Assembly (NCBI GenBank): GCA_004022145.1
Contig: RCNU01000008.1
Direction: 5' to 3' (one strand)
Source: Paecilomyces variotii
Taxonomy: Eukaryota
Length of the DNA: 64,000 nucleotides
Shown here: positions 48,946-62,444 of the stretch, in pieces
Position numbering within the stretch: position 1 is the stretch's first letter
Layout: each line of letters opens with the position of its first letter
The notes under the pieces: generated by a model
Seen by the model: the letters and a program-made list of their open reading frames with translations, nothing else
Database searches by the model: none
Told to the model about the DNA's origin: nothing
Made by a program: the position numbers and the translations under genes

Positions 48946-49443
48946 TGATCTTCTATTGATGCTTATGGTTATATACCCTTTTCTGCTTCCCTTCGATTCA
49001 CCAGGACGGTTTGACCCGTATATATGCGATATGATTCACTCGATAAGCGATTTCATTATACATGCTTCTTGGGTGTGGCGTTTTATGAAAGAGAGGACTT
49101 TCCATGGATATTCGAATCTTTCTTCCTGACTTTCGATTTATCTTCCTTCGGAGGTGCTTGTGCGGTGTTACATAGACTAAGTTCTAGACTGCTATATACC
49201 ACTGCTGATTCTGCGTCGTTTGATAGCTCAGCCATTCTCGATTCATGCCCATATCATACTTACATTATCGTCCGCTAGACTGCATAGATATGACAATCGA
49301 TTATATGATTTACGTCCGTACTCAGGCTGCCTGTGGTCAATATTGCGGCATAATATAATATATATAGGGTATCTATCGATTACTGGAATCGCATCAAACA
49401 ACAGCATCCTCCTCTCAACGTCCAGATGAGTAGATCAGAAAGT

Positions 49444-50514
49444 CTACAAACAGAACAAGGCCTCTTCTCCAAACTCCCTGATGATACTGCCTTCCTCCCG
49501 AATGATACTTCCCAACCAGTCCCTGGCTGTCTCAAAATCTTTAGCTCCAAACTTCACCAGCACGAATCCAGCCCGCACCCGCGCGGCCGTCCAGGTCACG
49601 TCGTATTGCTGGACCTTCGTCTCTGGTGGACGGTCATCAGTCGCGGACGATGACCAGTTTCGACCACCGATACGAGGCTGCGACGTGAACGCCTCCATGA
49701 TAAAGGATGCGAGGTGATCAAATACAGGTCCGTAGAGAATCAACGTTCCCACAATACCATGGGGTCGAGTCCGTTCACGGATGAGGGTATTATTATTAGT
49801 CTCCTCACCCTCCTCAACATCCACACCAGGCCTCATCTCGTCATCGAGAATGACTGAATCCCGCAACAGGAGTCTCCTCTTCTCGCCATTCCCATCCACA
49901 GACCAGACCTCATTTTTCCCCTTCCAGAAATGAAAGTCCCAGTCCTCCCCCCGCGATGTCCGCCCTTGTGTCACCCAGTCCAGCACGCAGAGACTACTCC
50001 GTTCATTGCCCATTACATCCCCATCGACCGTGAACCGCTGAATCTGCTCATACCGACTATCCTTAAACGGAGCAGTGGGATCAGGCAAGTAGCAGAGAGC
50101 AGCCTGGCTTCCAATTCGAACATCCAACACCTGTCTGCTCATATCGTCCTTCTCTTTCGATCGTTGTGCCCTCCTCCCATCGTCGGACGCAGTCTTGAAT
50201 ATCTTCGTGCTACCCTGCGGTGTCGTCACGACCAGTCTCGTGCGCGGATGCAGCGTTATCGAAACATCGATCTGATCCCCTGGAAGTAAACCTCCGCCAT
50301 AAGTGAGGAGGTAGAGATGGATAGGCCTCGTGGCGGCGCATGGTGGTAATACGGAGGACTCCGGTGTGAATCCGACAGCACGAGATAGGAGCTTCAGGGG
50401 GTATTTGTACGTTAAGGTCTCGAGGGTCGGGATGGAGGGAGGAAGTAGAGATAGGACGACTTCGCCTTTGCCGGGACTGGCGACGGTTGATGCGAAGGGG
50501 GAGTTCCAGGTCAT
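49444..50514 (-). CDS. ureD: Urease accessory protein UreD, intronless
   Basis: YKYPLKLL; YLLTYGGGLLPGD; TTPQGSTKIFK; LCYLPDP.APF.DS.YEQ.Q.F; LDWVTQGR..RGE.W. Confidence 0.93.
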   Translation of the reverse strand: MTWNSPFASTVASPGKGEVVLSLLPPSIPTLETLTYKYPLKLLSRAVGFTPESSVLPPCAATRPIHLYLLTYGGGLLPGDQIDVSITLHPRTRLVVTTPQGSTKIFKTASDDGRRAQRSKEKDDMSRQVLDVRIGSQAALCYLPDPTAPFKDSRYEQIQRFTVDGDVMGNERSSLCVLDWVTQGRTSRGEDWDFHFWKGKNEVWSVDGNGEKRRLLLRDSVILDDEMRPGVDVEEGEETNNNTLIRERTRPHGIVGTLILYGPVFDHLASFIMEAFTSQPRIGGRNWSSSATDDRPPETKVQQYDVTWTAARVRAGFVLVKFGAKDFETARDWLGSIIREEGSIIREFGEEALFCL

Positions 50515-51377
50515 TCTGTTTCTGGTGTGTGTGTGTGTAGAGCTGCCCTCGTAGCTTATGGGAGGTTACTTGTGGGATTCAAGAAAGGCAGGGTGTCGAT
50601 TCAATTGAGGGTAGAATAATGCGCTTTATCATCATGTCTAGACTGGGAAATGCTTATCGCGGATGGCTCTTCTATTGCAGTTTGGTACGAAGACGCGGTC
50701 TCTGGATCAATTCGTGATCTAATTCTGTAGATGAAGTCTGGGGATCAATGCGATCGCATATACATAATGGAAGCCATCGATTTCTAGCTTGGTCTAGTGA
50801 AAGCAATAATAATAGCTAGGTAGAGAACACAGTTCCAAGCTCCAACGCGGGGAACTCCGTAAGACCCAGATAGGAGCTTGAGATAGGGCTTAGGGCTGTG
50901 CTGGTCAGATGATTTATCAATAATACATAGAATACATAAAATACACGCTAGTAAGCTTGGCGGGAAACAACAATTGCGGGCGATCTTGGGGAAAGTCGCG
51001 TACCTAACTAGTTAAGTTACTCTCGTAGCTCCTCCAGGCGTCGACAGTTCACGAGTCTCCCAAGTCGACAAGACGTCTTAACTCACCCAGTTTATGCACG
51101 GTCTCTGAGACAGGACAACGTCAGAATTACAAGTCGATCTATCTTCGATTCTGTCCCATCTTGCAAAAGTCATCCAGCGCGTCTACCTGGTAATAGACGC
51201 GACGCTCGAATTTCCCGATCCGATAAACCGAGCTCGTCGCGTAACGACCACCAGCGGCTTTTTTTTTCGTGCGCGATATATACATTGGTCGACGTGGCAT
51301 ACTTGGTGGACCATCTGTCGCGATTATATCATCGATGAGTTCGTGATCACATAGAGTGATTTGTCTGATCTGAAAGA

Positions 51378-54300
51378 ATGGAAGTCGAGTCCCCGAACGG
51401 GTTGCGCTCCTCCAGCCCGGCCTCTGAGCCGGAGCAGAACGGCGCGTCATCTCCGCCAGCAAACCGAAGGAAATCCAGTCGCGCCATTCGGAAGCCGGAG
51501 CTGTTCTCGCAAGCAAGCTACAGTACGAGCAAACGCAAGCGCGGCACACGACGCGACAGCGACGATGACAACGATGGAGACGACGGAGACGGAGAGGAGG
51601 GGGAGAACACAGAGGAGGAGGAGGAGAGCGATGAAGATGAGGATGACGATGACGATGCAGATGAGGAGGAGATAAGGGCCAGGAGAAAAGCAGCGCGCAA
51701 GGCGGCAGCGAAGAGGAAGTCGACAACAAGGGGGAAAGGGAAATCACAGACACGCGCGACGAAGAAGCCCAAGATAGCTACCAACGGTACTGGAAGACGC
51801 CTTGCCATCAGAAGTGCTACAAACGGAAAACAGGCATCACGGCCCAGCAGGCCGCTGGTGAAGCCTAATCTCAGCGGCCCCGAAGAGGGCTTATTTGGTA
51901 TGCAATGAGTTTGGCGGAACACTGGTCATTTCATCTACTGACATTTCTTTCATAGGCGAGGTCTTTGTCAAAGATCATCCGCTCGATGCAGTTGCAGCTG
52001 ACTGGCTTACTCAATGTCAGCAGGACAATGTCAGTGCGCTGCGTGACATGGTCAATTTCATTCTCAGATGCACTGGAACAGATCTCAAAGTGACCAATGC
52101 GGACATTGAAGATGTTGATAACATCCAGAGGAAAGTCGTTGACCTGGAGGAAGAATACAGGGCTCAGGACATTAGCGAATACCCGCTTATCTCGAGGGCA
52201 AAGGAATTTCGTAATTTCCGGTCAACGCTGGAAGAGTTCTCGGAGAACATTATACAGACTCTGCACCATTCATCTATCCTTTACGAGGACAAAGCGCTCA
52301 CCGATAATATCTTTACATGGGTGGGTACAATATCAGATTCAAATCTGAGGCCATACCGGCATACTGCAACCTTGGTTTCTTTGTCGATGTCCTCAGCCTT
52401 GTGTGATATCGCCCATGAAGTGACGTCCACTATAGCAACCTCTCGCAAACAATTCGAAGCCGAGAAAAGGAAAAAGACGGCCAATAAAGGTAGAATGACG
52501 GCGATTCAGCAAGCCATTCAGGAAGGCCAAGAGAAACTAGAGAAAATTGATGAACTGCTGAAAGATGCATTCACAAACGTCTACGTGAATCGATACCGGG
52601 ATGTCGAGCCGAAAATCCGTGCAGACTGCGCGCTTGCCTTGACTCGCTGGATGCGCAGCTACAGAGAGATGTTCTTTGAGGGCCAGTACCTCCGGTATCT
52701 TGGATGGACACTATCAGATACCGTGGCGCATACGAGAGCTGTGGTGGTTGCAGAAGTGCGCAAACTCTTCGCAAGCAGGGATAATATCCCAGCTCTGCGG
52801 GCATTCATAGATCGATTCCGATCCAGGTTGGTGGAAATGGCTACGCGAGATGCAGACGTCGGCATACGTGCACACACAGTTGAGGCTTTAGATCTCATCC
52901 GGGACGCCGGCTTACTTCAGCCCGACAATATCGACACTGTTGGCCGGCTTGTGTTTGACATGGAACCCAGAGTTCGGAAAGCGGCAGGCCGCTTCTTCGT
53001 CGCTAATGTCGAGGACGTCTTTGACGCAGAAACTGAAGAGGTCGCTGAAGAACTAAACGAAACATTTGCTGACGATGATAATGAGGACGATGATGACTTT
53101 GAGTCTCCTAGACGCTCGTGGATCAAGTACAGGTGCCTCGTCGATATCCTGCAGGCCTACGATGAGCAGGAAGCACAGGGCAATCCAGAGAAAGCCACTA
53201 TTCCCTCACGAGGTTTCCTGACCGGTGTTCCCACAGACTCACGATTCGTGCTTGCCACAGAAGCTATATATCCACACCTCAAGGAACTCGCACAATGGCA
53301 GTCCTTGGCCGGATATCTACTTTATGACCACTCGCAGATCGCCGATGAACCGAATGCTGATGATACGGCTGGTTCGATCAAAAAATTGTACAAACTCGAA
53401 GAAGGGCAGGAGGTGATACTGCTTGGGGTATTGGGTTGTGCAGTCAAGCTTCGAATACTGGAAATTGCCCAGGCTGAGAGCGATAGACGAGGGCGCAAGT
53501 CCAAGCTTCAGCAGGAAAAGATACCAGAAATGCAGGAAGAAATCGCACATGACTTAGCTCAGATTATCCCACGACTCCTGAACAAGTTCGGTGCCGTCCC
53601 AGAAGCTGCTTCAGCCGTCTTGCGCCTAGAACACTTGGTCGATCTGAACAAGATACAAGACTTCCAGAAAGACGCGACCGCTTATTCCTCATTGCTGAAT
53701 GATATCAATAAGCAGTTCTTGACGCATTCTGATCATGAGGTTCTCGCTGAGGCAACAGTCGCCTTTTTACACGCAAAAACATCTGATGAAATGAAAGAAA
53801 TCATGGAGAGTAAAGTTCAGGAACTGTGGGATGACATGGTCGATACGCTTGCTGCGCTGTCACGAGAGAAGGATGTTGAGAGAGGAGCTGCTCTTTCCCG
53901 CTCGACGCTCACCGGGCTCGCGAACACCGTGGCGAGGATAGCAAATCTTGCCAGTATAACTGATTGCACGAGCATTCTAGAGACTCCTCCCTCTTCGAGG
54001 TCGAAGAAGCAGAAAGGCCGCTCCGAGGCACCTTTCAATACGTTGATCCATCTCGCAAAACGAGGACTGAGCGCTTATGATGCAGATGAGGATGACGAAG
54101 ACCAAGAGGAACTAGCTAGGCTGGAGAAGGAGTTGGTTTCCGACAGCATCAGAACGCTTCTTTTCTACTTCATGTGGAAGGTACAGGGTTTGACTGCAGC
54201 TCTAAACTCGGGAAGCGCTGCCTTTGATACGGCTTTCTTTGAGGCTCTCGCTAAAAGTCGCGAGGTCTTTGTCGCAACCCTCACATCTATCATGCGGAAA

Positions 54301-55062
54301 CGGGGTGGTCTGGATGACTTGCGCTTCATGGCGACTGTAACTCTTCTCGACGTGCATATCCTCTTCGCGACCCTCCGCCGGGCAGGTAAGGGTGGTGAAG
54401 AAGCCTCGAACATCGATGAGGAGGTTATTGCACAAAAACAAAGTCTGGTCCACGAAATTGCGCCAGAAACTCAAAAACTTATATTCCGCATCCATAGTTC
54501 CGCGGAGCGCAGTTTGGCCAATTTAACGCGTCAAGCGCTTGAGCCAGCTGAGGATGATGATCCCTTGGACTCTGACGATGAAATCGATCGTCCACCGGTT
54601 GACCCAGCAGAGGAACAACAAGTTGATGATCGACTCCTTGCCAGTGTCCTTGCTGAGCAGAAACTATGCGAGCTAACAGGGAAGATTGTCCTGGCAATGG
54701 TGGGACACGTCATCGATTCGAGACAATACAAACAGAGGCTACTCAAAAATAGGACCCGTCTAGGTCATAATTATAAAGAGGTTCTTGCGTTCCTGGACGG
54801 GGGCAAGCAGGCTCGCCGAGGACTATCCACGGAGAAGGAGGCTGACACTGGAGTTAACAAGGACTCCGACAAAGTAAAGTCTACCGAAAGAGTAGCTGAG
54901 GAAGATGACGAAGAAGAGGAACCAGAAGAGGAGGTGGAAGAAGACGACGAAGGCGATCTACGGAACAGGGAACTTGTCGAAGATGAGGAACCAGAACCTG
55001 GTGAGGATGATAACGAAGAATTGAGTCCGCCGCCTGACGAGGATGATGTCATGGGCGATTAG
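51378..55062 (+). CDS. SCC3: Cohesin STAG subunit Scc3/Psc3, 1 intron
   Basis: EYPLISRAK; RPYRHTAT; YVNRYRDVEPKIR.DC; YLRYLGWTLSD; RLVEMATRDAD; acidic termini. Intron ~51898-51955. Confidence 0.94.
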
Positions 55063-56942
55063 TCTCAACTCCTTTTCTCATTTCTGTAACCTTTTTAATC
55101 TTTACTGGTCCTTCTTATGTTGATATGTGATTCCTATTTGAAACAGCGGCGGGTGAATCTTATGTATTTGCTGGATGGATGGACCGAGTTGCTACTGCCA
55201 TACTTCTAACTTTGTAATGTTCTGAACCATGAACATATTTGGACCCTCTGAATCGGTTTGGACACTCCACAGAGACTAGCTTGTAGAAAATTTATATCTA
55301 AAGTGCTGGCTATGGCTAGTATGTCTAGACAATCAAGAACATCAGACTCGCTTTTCTGTATTGAGGGCGGTACTTAAAGTCTAGAGTAAGTACGTAGTAG
55401 CCCCCCCGTAAGTAAGGTGCAGTCAGGTAGCCCTCGCAAGGTGGTGAACCGTGTCAGTCATCCATTTGGCCTGGTACTTAAATCCAAAATCTGAATTTAT
55501 CGCTAATTAGAATATCAATACTGTGCCCCCGTTCCCCCCGAGATCTAGAATTAAACAACCAACCGGCTTTTCTATTAGAAACTCATCTATATACTATCTG
55601 CTTCCTCCCATATTTCCAGAGGTTATATAGGTAGCCGGATTGGATATCGGATATCGAATTATTCTAATCCTCATAGTTTCCTCTCGGAATATACCTCATT
55701 GTAGTTAACAATCAAGATCCGCAACTCGACACTATCAAAAGTAAGTAAAATGGATGTATTTTTTGGACGTCTCACTCCGAGAGAAAATGTAGTTTCGAAA
55801 GTTGTGTGCATAAAGTTTCTTTCCTGTTTGCCATTAGTTTTCCCATTTCCGGCATAAGTAGTCTCCAGGTACGCTGTTATTGTAATCACCGCCCGATATC
55901 GTCTTCCCCATTTAGCTTGTTTCTCTCTCAGATCTCTCTATCATTCTCATTTCAAAGTCCCAGTTATGTTAGTGCTCTGTGCCTATAGTTACAGTTCAGT
56001 TATCTGGATAACAGAGAAATTACTACGTCAGGGAGAAACAAATCCAATGGTATAAATGCTATACTAGTAGACTGGGTCTTAACGATTAAGTTTCCACCAA
56101 AATGCAGTTTGACACAATCTGGAACCAAGCTTTTCTTATCGACCAAACAGAACTCCATTCTTAATCTGCAGGTCTACTGCGCCTTATAATAACACAGCAT
56201 CGGAAAGAACAACTCTTCAGAAATGATAATGCGTTGATTTAGTGCAGAGTCTCCTAAGAAGTGCGTCCTGTGCACGTGTATCCATAAGACTAGTGTATTA
56301 CAGTTTGCTTTCCAGCAATTACTATTTGAAGATAATATGCTTGTCTTCTGCAATACACCAGGCGCATCATTATAACTATAATCATTGTTAGATAATGTGT
56401 TAGATCTAGTAAAAGATGTTAGGAATGAGAGGTCCTGCGCTAATAATAAGTATCAAAGCTATCTAAAGCATACCTGGGGGCTGGGGTGCGAGGACATGTA
56501 GATCCAAAACCATTATATGTTGTTACCTGGGTCCCCTAATCATAGTCACAAACAGTGAAGAGGTTCGGAGATTACTTCATCAGACTTCCGAATCGATTCG
56601 AATACAGGTATCTCAGAGTATAAAGGCCAATCTTAATGCTTACAAAGTTCATTCAAGATCCACTGAGCACCTGCCATCTCGTGGTAAAAATAATGTGACA
56701 GAAGAGATGATGATGTGTATTTGTTTCTATCTCCAGGTCTAGGAAGATTTGCGGGGTACCAACTATAGTTACTCCAACTGTAGTCACTCCAACGGCTCGG
56801 TTCCAGGGAATGTAGTTTGGGAATAGTGCTTGCTTGGGGGGCATTACTGTCATATCTCTCATGACGGCGGTTCCATTAAGACAGGAGGAGATAAATATGA
56901 TATTATGTATAAGGAGTACAGGGCCTCCTAGTCGCCCTTGAC

Positions 56943-58301
56943 TTAGGCAAACTCACGAAGAGCCCACTTCTGCATCCATTCGCAGTTCAAAACTTCGTCC
57001 GCAGTTGGCCTCTCCTCAGGTTTAAACGCAAGCATAGCCCTTAACATGCTGAGCAAAGCAGCCTTCTCAATCTCATCCACCTCCTGCATCCTAAACTCTT
57101 GCCTTGGCAGCCGCACCGAATCATTAAATCGGCGCTCCAATGGCCGCGAATGTGCCTCGATTTTCCTTGTCCCATCCTCGTTGAACCATTTTGCACGAGC
57201 ATCCCACTTCGACCACCACGGCGCTGGTAGCTTTCCAAGGCAATCAACTTGTTCTTTTATTACCCAGTCGGCTGACGGATTGTATCCCTCGAAAAGCGGG
57301 CATTGAGCTATAATGGCCCAAATCGTGCACGCAAGTGTCCAGATATCAGCAGGAAAAGACTTTCGTTCTTCGAAGTAGACCTCTGGTGGGGTCAAAACTT
57401 CTGGTGCATTGGAGTAAGGCTGCTCTATAGCAGCTGGCATGAAAGACTCGCCAAAGTCAGTAAGGATAATTTGAGCTTCTGATAAGGTAACAAGCTCGCT
57501 TTCCTTCCCTAGCCGAATAGGCACAATAACATTTTTAGGGACCCCCTGGGGAAGTTGACACTTGTCTAGACGCGCGACCGGCTCATATTGAGGAGATCCA
57601 TACTTTTCGTAAAGCTGTTCCGGCGAGAGAGAATCCATGCTTCCAGGTAGACGAACTAAGACGTTACCATCGTGCAAGTCTGCCAGTGATCCATCATATT
57701 AGACATCCGGTACATAAAAGGAGAAGAGAGAGATCGGAACACCACGAGAGGATAACTTACCACCGTGAACAATACCCTGGGAATGCAGGAATGCCACTGC
57801 CTGGACAAGTTGGGCAGCCATACGCCTAGCTACAGGCAGCTGAAAGAGGCGAATAGAGGAGGCATCTTTAGCTTCTGCTAGACTCATCATTCCAGGTTCG
57901 GTTACATAACAATGGTGTACGCCGTTAGGCCCAGAGAGAGAAAAGACATCTAAAATTGACGGAATATATGCTGCCCCGGGATGAGCCTTCCCTTCCAATC
58001 CTGTGTTATTCAACCGGCGTAGGATATCAGTCTCTCGCGTCCCAATAGGATCATGTGCTGCGACCGGTATCTTTATAGCGACATATCTTCCGGATTTCTG
58101 GTTCCGTGCTAACCAAATCGTTGAGTACGCACCGAAACCAAGCTTATGGACGATCGAATATCTACCATCCAGCTGCTCTCCGATAGTTACCGGATGGTAT
58201 CCTCCGGGACGATACCGTTCGAGCTTCTCCACATCCTCATACGGCATGTACTCGATTTTGTGCTGAGTATCATAATTTTCCATGGCAACTTTTGATTCCA
58301 T
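56943..58301 (-). CDS. SRPK/Sky1-like Ser/Thr protein kinase (fungal expanded family), 1 intron
   Basis: Y.PGGYHPV.IG; RY.IVHKLGFGAYSTIWLA; YVAIKI; GPNGVH; HG|DLHDGNVL; DFGES; PPE; DIWTLAC. Intron ~57760-57682. An in-frame upstream ATG at 58445 is possible. Confidence 0.88.
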
Positions 58302-58619
58302 CCTGGCGGTGAAAGATGTATACGATTTCGAACCTAGTGTAGTTCGAGAGGTAGCGTGTATGGTGCAGTTAGGATAGAAGGCTAACTTTATAAGACGCGA
58401 GGAATTTGCCAAGAAGAGCCTGGGATGGTATAAGCAGAAATTCATAACGTTCCACGATTGAATGTATCCTGATTTATCCTTGAAATTCGCCGACTTCTTT
58501 AATAATGGAAAGCAGTCACGACGCGTGTTATGCTTTTCTAAGTCCTTGGCATAAGTAGCGGAGCACCTGACCATTATATTCTATAGTCGAAGCACCAGCT
58601 AACAGTACACCTGGTTCAG

Positions 58620-58897
58620 GTCCGGATCTCACAACACTGCCAGCATTAATGGTAGACACCAGGAAGATCCGGACGGTTGGCACCTGACTTTCTGTTATAA
58701 AGATTCGACGCGGCTCGCGAACGGGACCCATACCGCGTGCCACGGATATACCCCTGGAAAAAGACGTATGGGAGCTGGTGAAATCTACCCATGCCGGTGT
58801 CAAGTCAGACTCTGTTTTGAGGAGAAACGGAAAAGCTGTGTGGCCGGCAGAGAATGAATTGGAGGCTGCTCCCGAAACTGGCTATGGACATCTGTGA
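58620..58897 (+). pseudogene. Probable frameshifted remnant of a small fungal gene
   Basis: Follows a branch/acceptor (gctaac...cag). Reads SGSHNTASINGRHQEDPDGWHLTFCYK...HTACHGYTPGK; removing one A from the A5 run at 58758-58762 continues it as DVWELVKSTHAG...VWPAENELEAAPETGYGHL*. Confidence 0.4.
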
Positions 58898-60510
58898 GGA
58901 CATTTACAAGGAAATACTGAGCTATATATGAGCCATATTTGTGGATTTACAAATGATCGATGACATTCGGGATGTGATAGAGTGTGGAAAAGTCCATATA
59001 AGTTCAACTACATCGGATCAGCCTAGAGCCAAATTCCCAATAACTAGTCACGTAACAATAATGCTGAACATAGTTGGCGTCTAATACGAACTTAAGCGGG
59101 GTGTCTTTTCTCTCAGATAGCGCAACTGCTGACAACCAACTGATGTCGAGCTATGTGCGTAATAACTGACAGCAAAAAAGAAAAAAAGAAGGCACCGAGG
59201 GAGTTTCTGAACGCTGCTGCTATTCCTCTCTTCTTTGAGGTCCATCAGAGAGACATTGAGCCAAGACTATTTGACGATGGAGGTAAGGATACTACATACC
59301 TAATGTTGTGCACTGGTTAGGCGATTAATAAGTGCCCAGATATGTATGACCGACCTGCACTATCCGCCTTTCTCATAGCGTCAGATGCGTTAAGAGGATT
59401 ACGGATATTGGCGAAGATATCATAGAGTGGATTGTTCTCTTTCCCAATCCGTAGCATGCTCCTCTGTGTGGAAGGGATCGGGAGGTTTCCAACTAATGAC
59501 ATAGGGCATGTTGTTTGTCGTTGGAAGAGGTTCTAGGGGTTTATACTGTAGTCCAGACTCGGTCACAAGGATGGAAGACGAATTTTATGATCGAGTAGGG
59601 CATGTGAGGTCCTTTGAGAAGGGGGGCATTAGACTCAAGGCCACATATAAGGTGTATATGTAATAGTACGCTTTCCTATCGGATAATCAAGCGCATATTG
59701 GGAACAATCTACCACATTAAGTCCTTAGACCGCTAGAGATAAATCATACACTTCACGTCACCAGGTCTGGGGTCGAGGTCAGGGTCATCAATAGCTTATA
59801 TGTTGCTTTCAGAAAATCAAGTATACTTTTAGGGTAGTCTTCGGGATATTTAATTCAGTTGTTCTCTTACCAACGACAGGTCAGGCGAACGTTCTGAGGC
59901 ACATGGATAGAAAATAGAACCTCCGAAAACGAGAAAGAATGTTCAGCCAGGGGAGAAGCCGAGGAAAGAAGCACAACGCAGGGTACTCGTTTCCACCACA
60001 ACGGGACACAGGCCCTCCCATTACTGTCAGGGGGAAATAATTTGGGAAATAGAAAAGGGGGAAGAAAAAAAGAACCAGCTAGAAATGGAAATACGCCTGT
60101 GTATGGGGGATGCTTAGAACTGTGCTATGTGTGAGAAATCGGGATTACATGACGGTGAATCTTGTTTATCGTGAACGAAGAGCTTCGCGGCAGGGGTAAA
60201 GGGTTCGAGTGGAAGGATGAATCCGAAGCCAGAAAATACGGGCCTATGCTCAAACGCCGCAAAAGTGTATGTGGAAGAATGGCAGTGGCCGGCGGGATGA
60301 GAAAGCGTCCAGGCCTGGGAGATGAGTACAATCATCTTTTTATAAATCACCCAAGATGACAGCAACAGACGTCTAGACACCCACGTATTCGTACATCATA
60401 ACGGAGGCGTCTATTTTTGAAAGTATCTCCAGGCCAAACACGCTGGCCGGCAGTAACTGCACAGGCCCTAACTGGAAGAAATATAGGTCATTTCAGAGGG
60501 ATCCCAAGCT

Positions 60511-62444
60511 TTACATATCCATGGAATCACCGGCGTTGCCGAAGTTGAAGCCACCAGGTTGTTGCTGGTTGGTACCAAGAGCGAAACCGGTCTGAGTCTG
60601 CTGAGGAGCAAGCTCATCAATGTCACCAGCAGCCTCGTCCTCATCCGAGAAGTACTTCTCGATGATGTTGTAAGCCTTCATGTAGATCTCTTCGTTTGCG
60701 TTGTTCTGGCAATCGTGGATCTTCTCCATGCCACCAGCCTCTTCGATGAAGAGAGCATAGCGGTTCACAGCTGGCTCTCCAGGCTGAGCAGCCTCCTTAT
60801 CCATCTCTCCAACCTTGAGGATGTTCTCCAATCCATCCAAGGCAACCTGAATGATCTTGTTGTCGGGGCAAGCCAAGAGATCACACAGTGGCTTGATGCA
60901 GCCCTGAGAGACCAGATACCGGATCTGGTCGGGCTTCTGCAGACCGCCAGAGGTAGCATTCGAGATAGCCCAGCAAGCTTCCTTGCGGGTCTTGAAGTCT
61001 CCGTTGGACAGGAGGTTGATCAGAGGAGGGATGATGCCAGCGTCAATAACTGCCTGGATCTGGACGGAGTTACCAGCGGTAATGTTGGATATGGTCCAGC
61101 AAGCCTCCTTCCGGATACCGTCCTTAGTAGAGCTAAGGAGAGACAGCAGAGCGGGCAGAGCTCCGCAGTTGATAATCACTTGCGTCTGAACATCATCACC
61201 GGTCACGATGTTACCGACGGAGCGAAGGGCTGGGGTCTGGACAGAGGTAGAGGCATGCATGAGGAGTTCAACCAGACGGCGGGGAATTCCGGCTTCAATG
61301 ACGGCTTGGATCTTGTCGTTGGAGCCATCGGACAGATAGGAAATAGCCCAGCATGCATCGATGAGGACCTCATCATCAAGCATGTACACAAGCTTGGAAA
61401 GGACGGGGAGGGCAGGGGCAATCTATATCCAAGTTAGAAACGTAACCGAGTGGAGAAAAAGGATGGGTGTTATAATTACAGTATTCCAGTCAGGCTGAGG
61501 GGTCTTGCCACGGCAGAAGTTGCTGAGCGTCCAGGTAGCATTTCGCAGCATGCTAAGCTTGCGACCATCGCTGATCAAGTCCAGCAAAGGACGGAGAGCA
61601 CCAGCGCCCAGAACAAAGTCACGGCACTGGGGGCTGTCACCGGCGATGTTTCCAAGAGCCCAGACGGCCTGTTCCCGGACGTCAGGTTCCGGGCTTTTCA
61701 GCAGCTCGACAAAGATCGGAACGGCGCCAGCCTCAATGACAACTTGTGTCTGCTGCGCGGAACCGGAGGCAATGTTCGTCAAAGCCCAGGCAGCTTCGAA
61801 CTGTACCAGGGTATGAGGAGATCTGAGGAACTCTACGAAGCGGCTCACGACACCAGTCTCGATGACGCGCTCAATCGGGGGGTTGCGCTCCTTTGACAAC
61901 AGCTTCCTGAACTTTGTAGTCGCCTGGATCTGCTGCTCAATCTGATCGGAGAAAACTCCCTTAACCATCTCTGGGAGCTCGACATTAAGCTATGACACGG
62001 TCAACGTTAGCAAAGATACTCATGACATATGCGTAAGACGGTTTTTTAGCTCAACGCGGGGAAGGTGTCGTGTGCACGAAAAAGTCGATCAGATATCGAC
62101 TCCTCGCTAAAGACACATGATGGATAATCCCATGCACGACCAAGCTGCATAACAAGCATCGCATCAAGCAGGGAAAGGGAATGTTCCAAGATAGCACCGC
62201 ATACCTCGCTCTCTATGGTGCCCGCCTCATCATCGCTGTCGGTGGCGGCAACCATCCCACCTCCAACACCGATGCCTCCATCACTAGTCTGAATACCTCT
62301 CCTCTTCGCAAGGTTCTCTTCTCTCTTCTGCTTTCTGATCTCAACCTGTTGCTCCTCACGACGACGACGGAGCTCATCTGGCTTGAACTGGTTTTTAGCC
62401 TTGAACTGAGTCCGGCGATGCTCTGGGATGTAACGCTCCGCCAT
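60511..62444 (-). CDS. KAP60: Importin alpha (karyopherin alpha; KapA/Srp1), 2 introns
   Basis: IBB domain [29 protein letters not shown] repeats [29 protein letters not shown] and [13 protein letters not shown]. Confidence 0.97.

Noticed and set aside
43313-50514. Possible nickel/urease cluster (ureD plus the His-rich Aim6-like protein)
   Set aside because: No urease, ureF, ureG or Ni transporter in the window. The poly-His is a simple (CAT)n microsatellite.
50883-50896. TTAGGG-like words (also at ~7634 and ~25124)
   Set aside because: One or two imperfect copies only; not an interstitial telomere array. At most promoter sites.
60559-61437. 292-aa plus-strand ORF
   Set aside because: Antisense shadow of the codon-biased importin-alpha exon; no protein features of its own.
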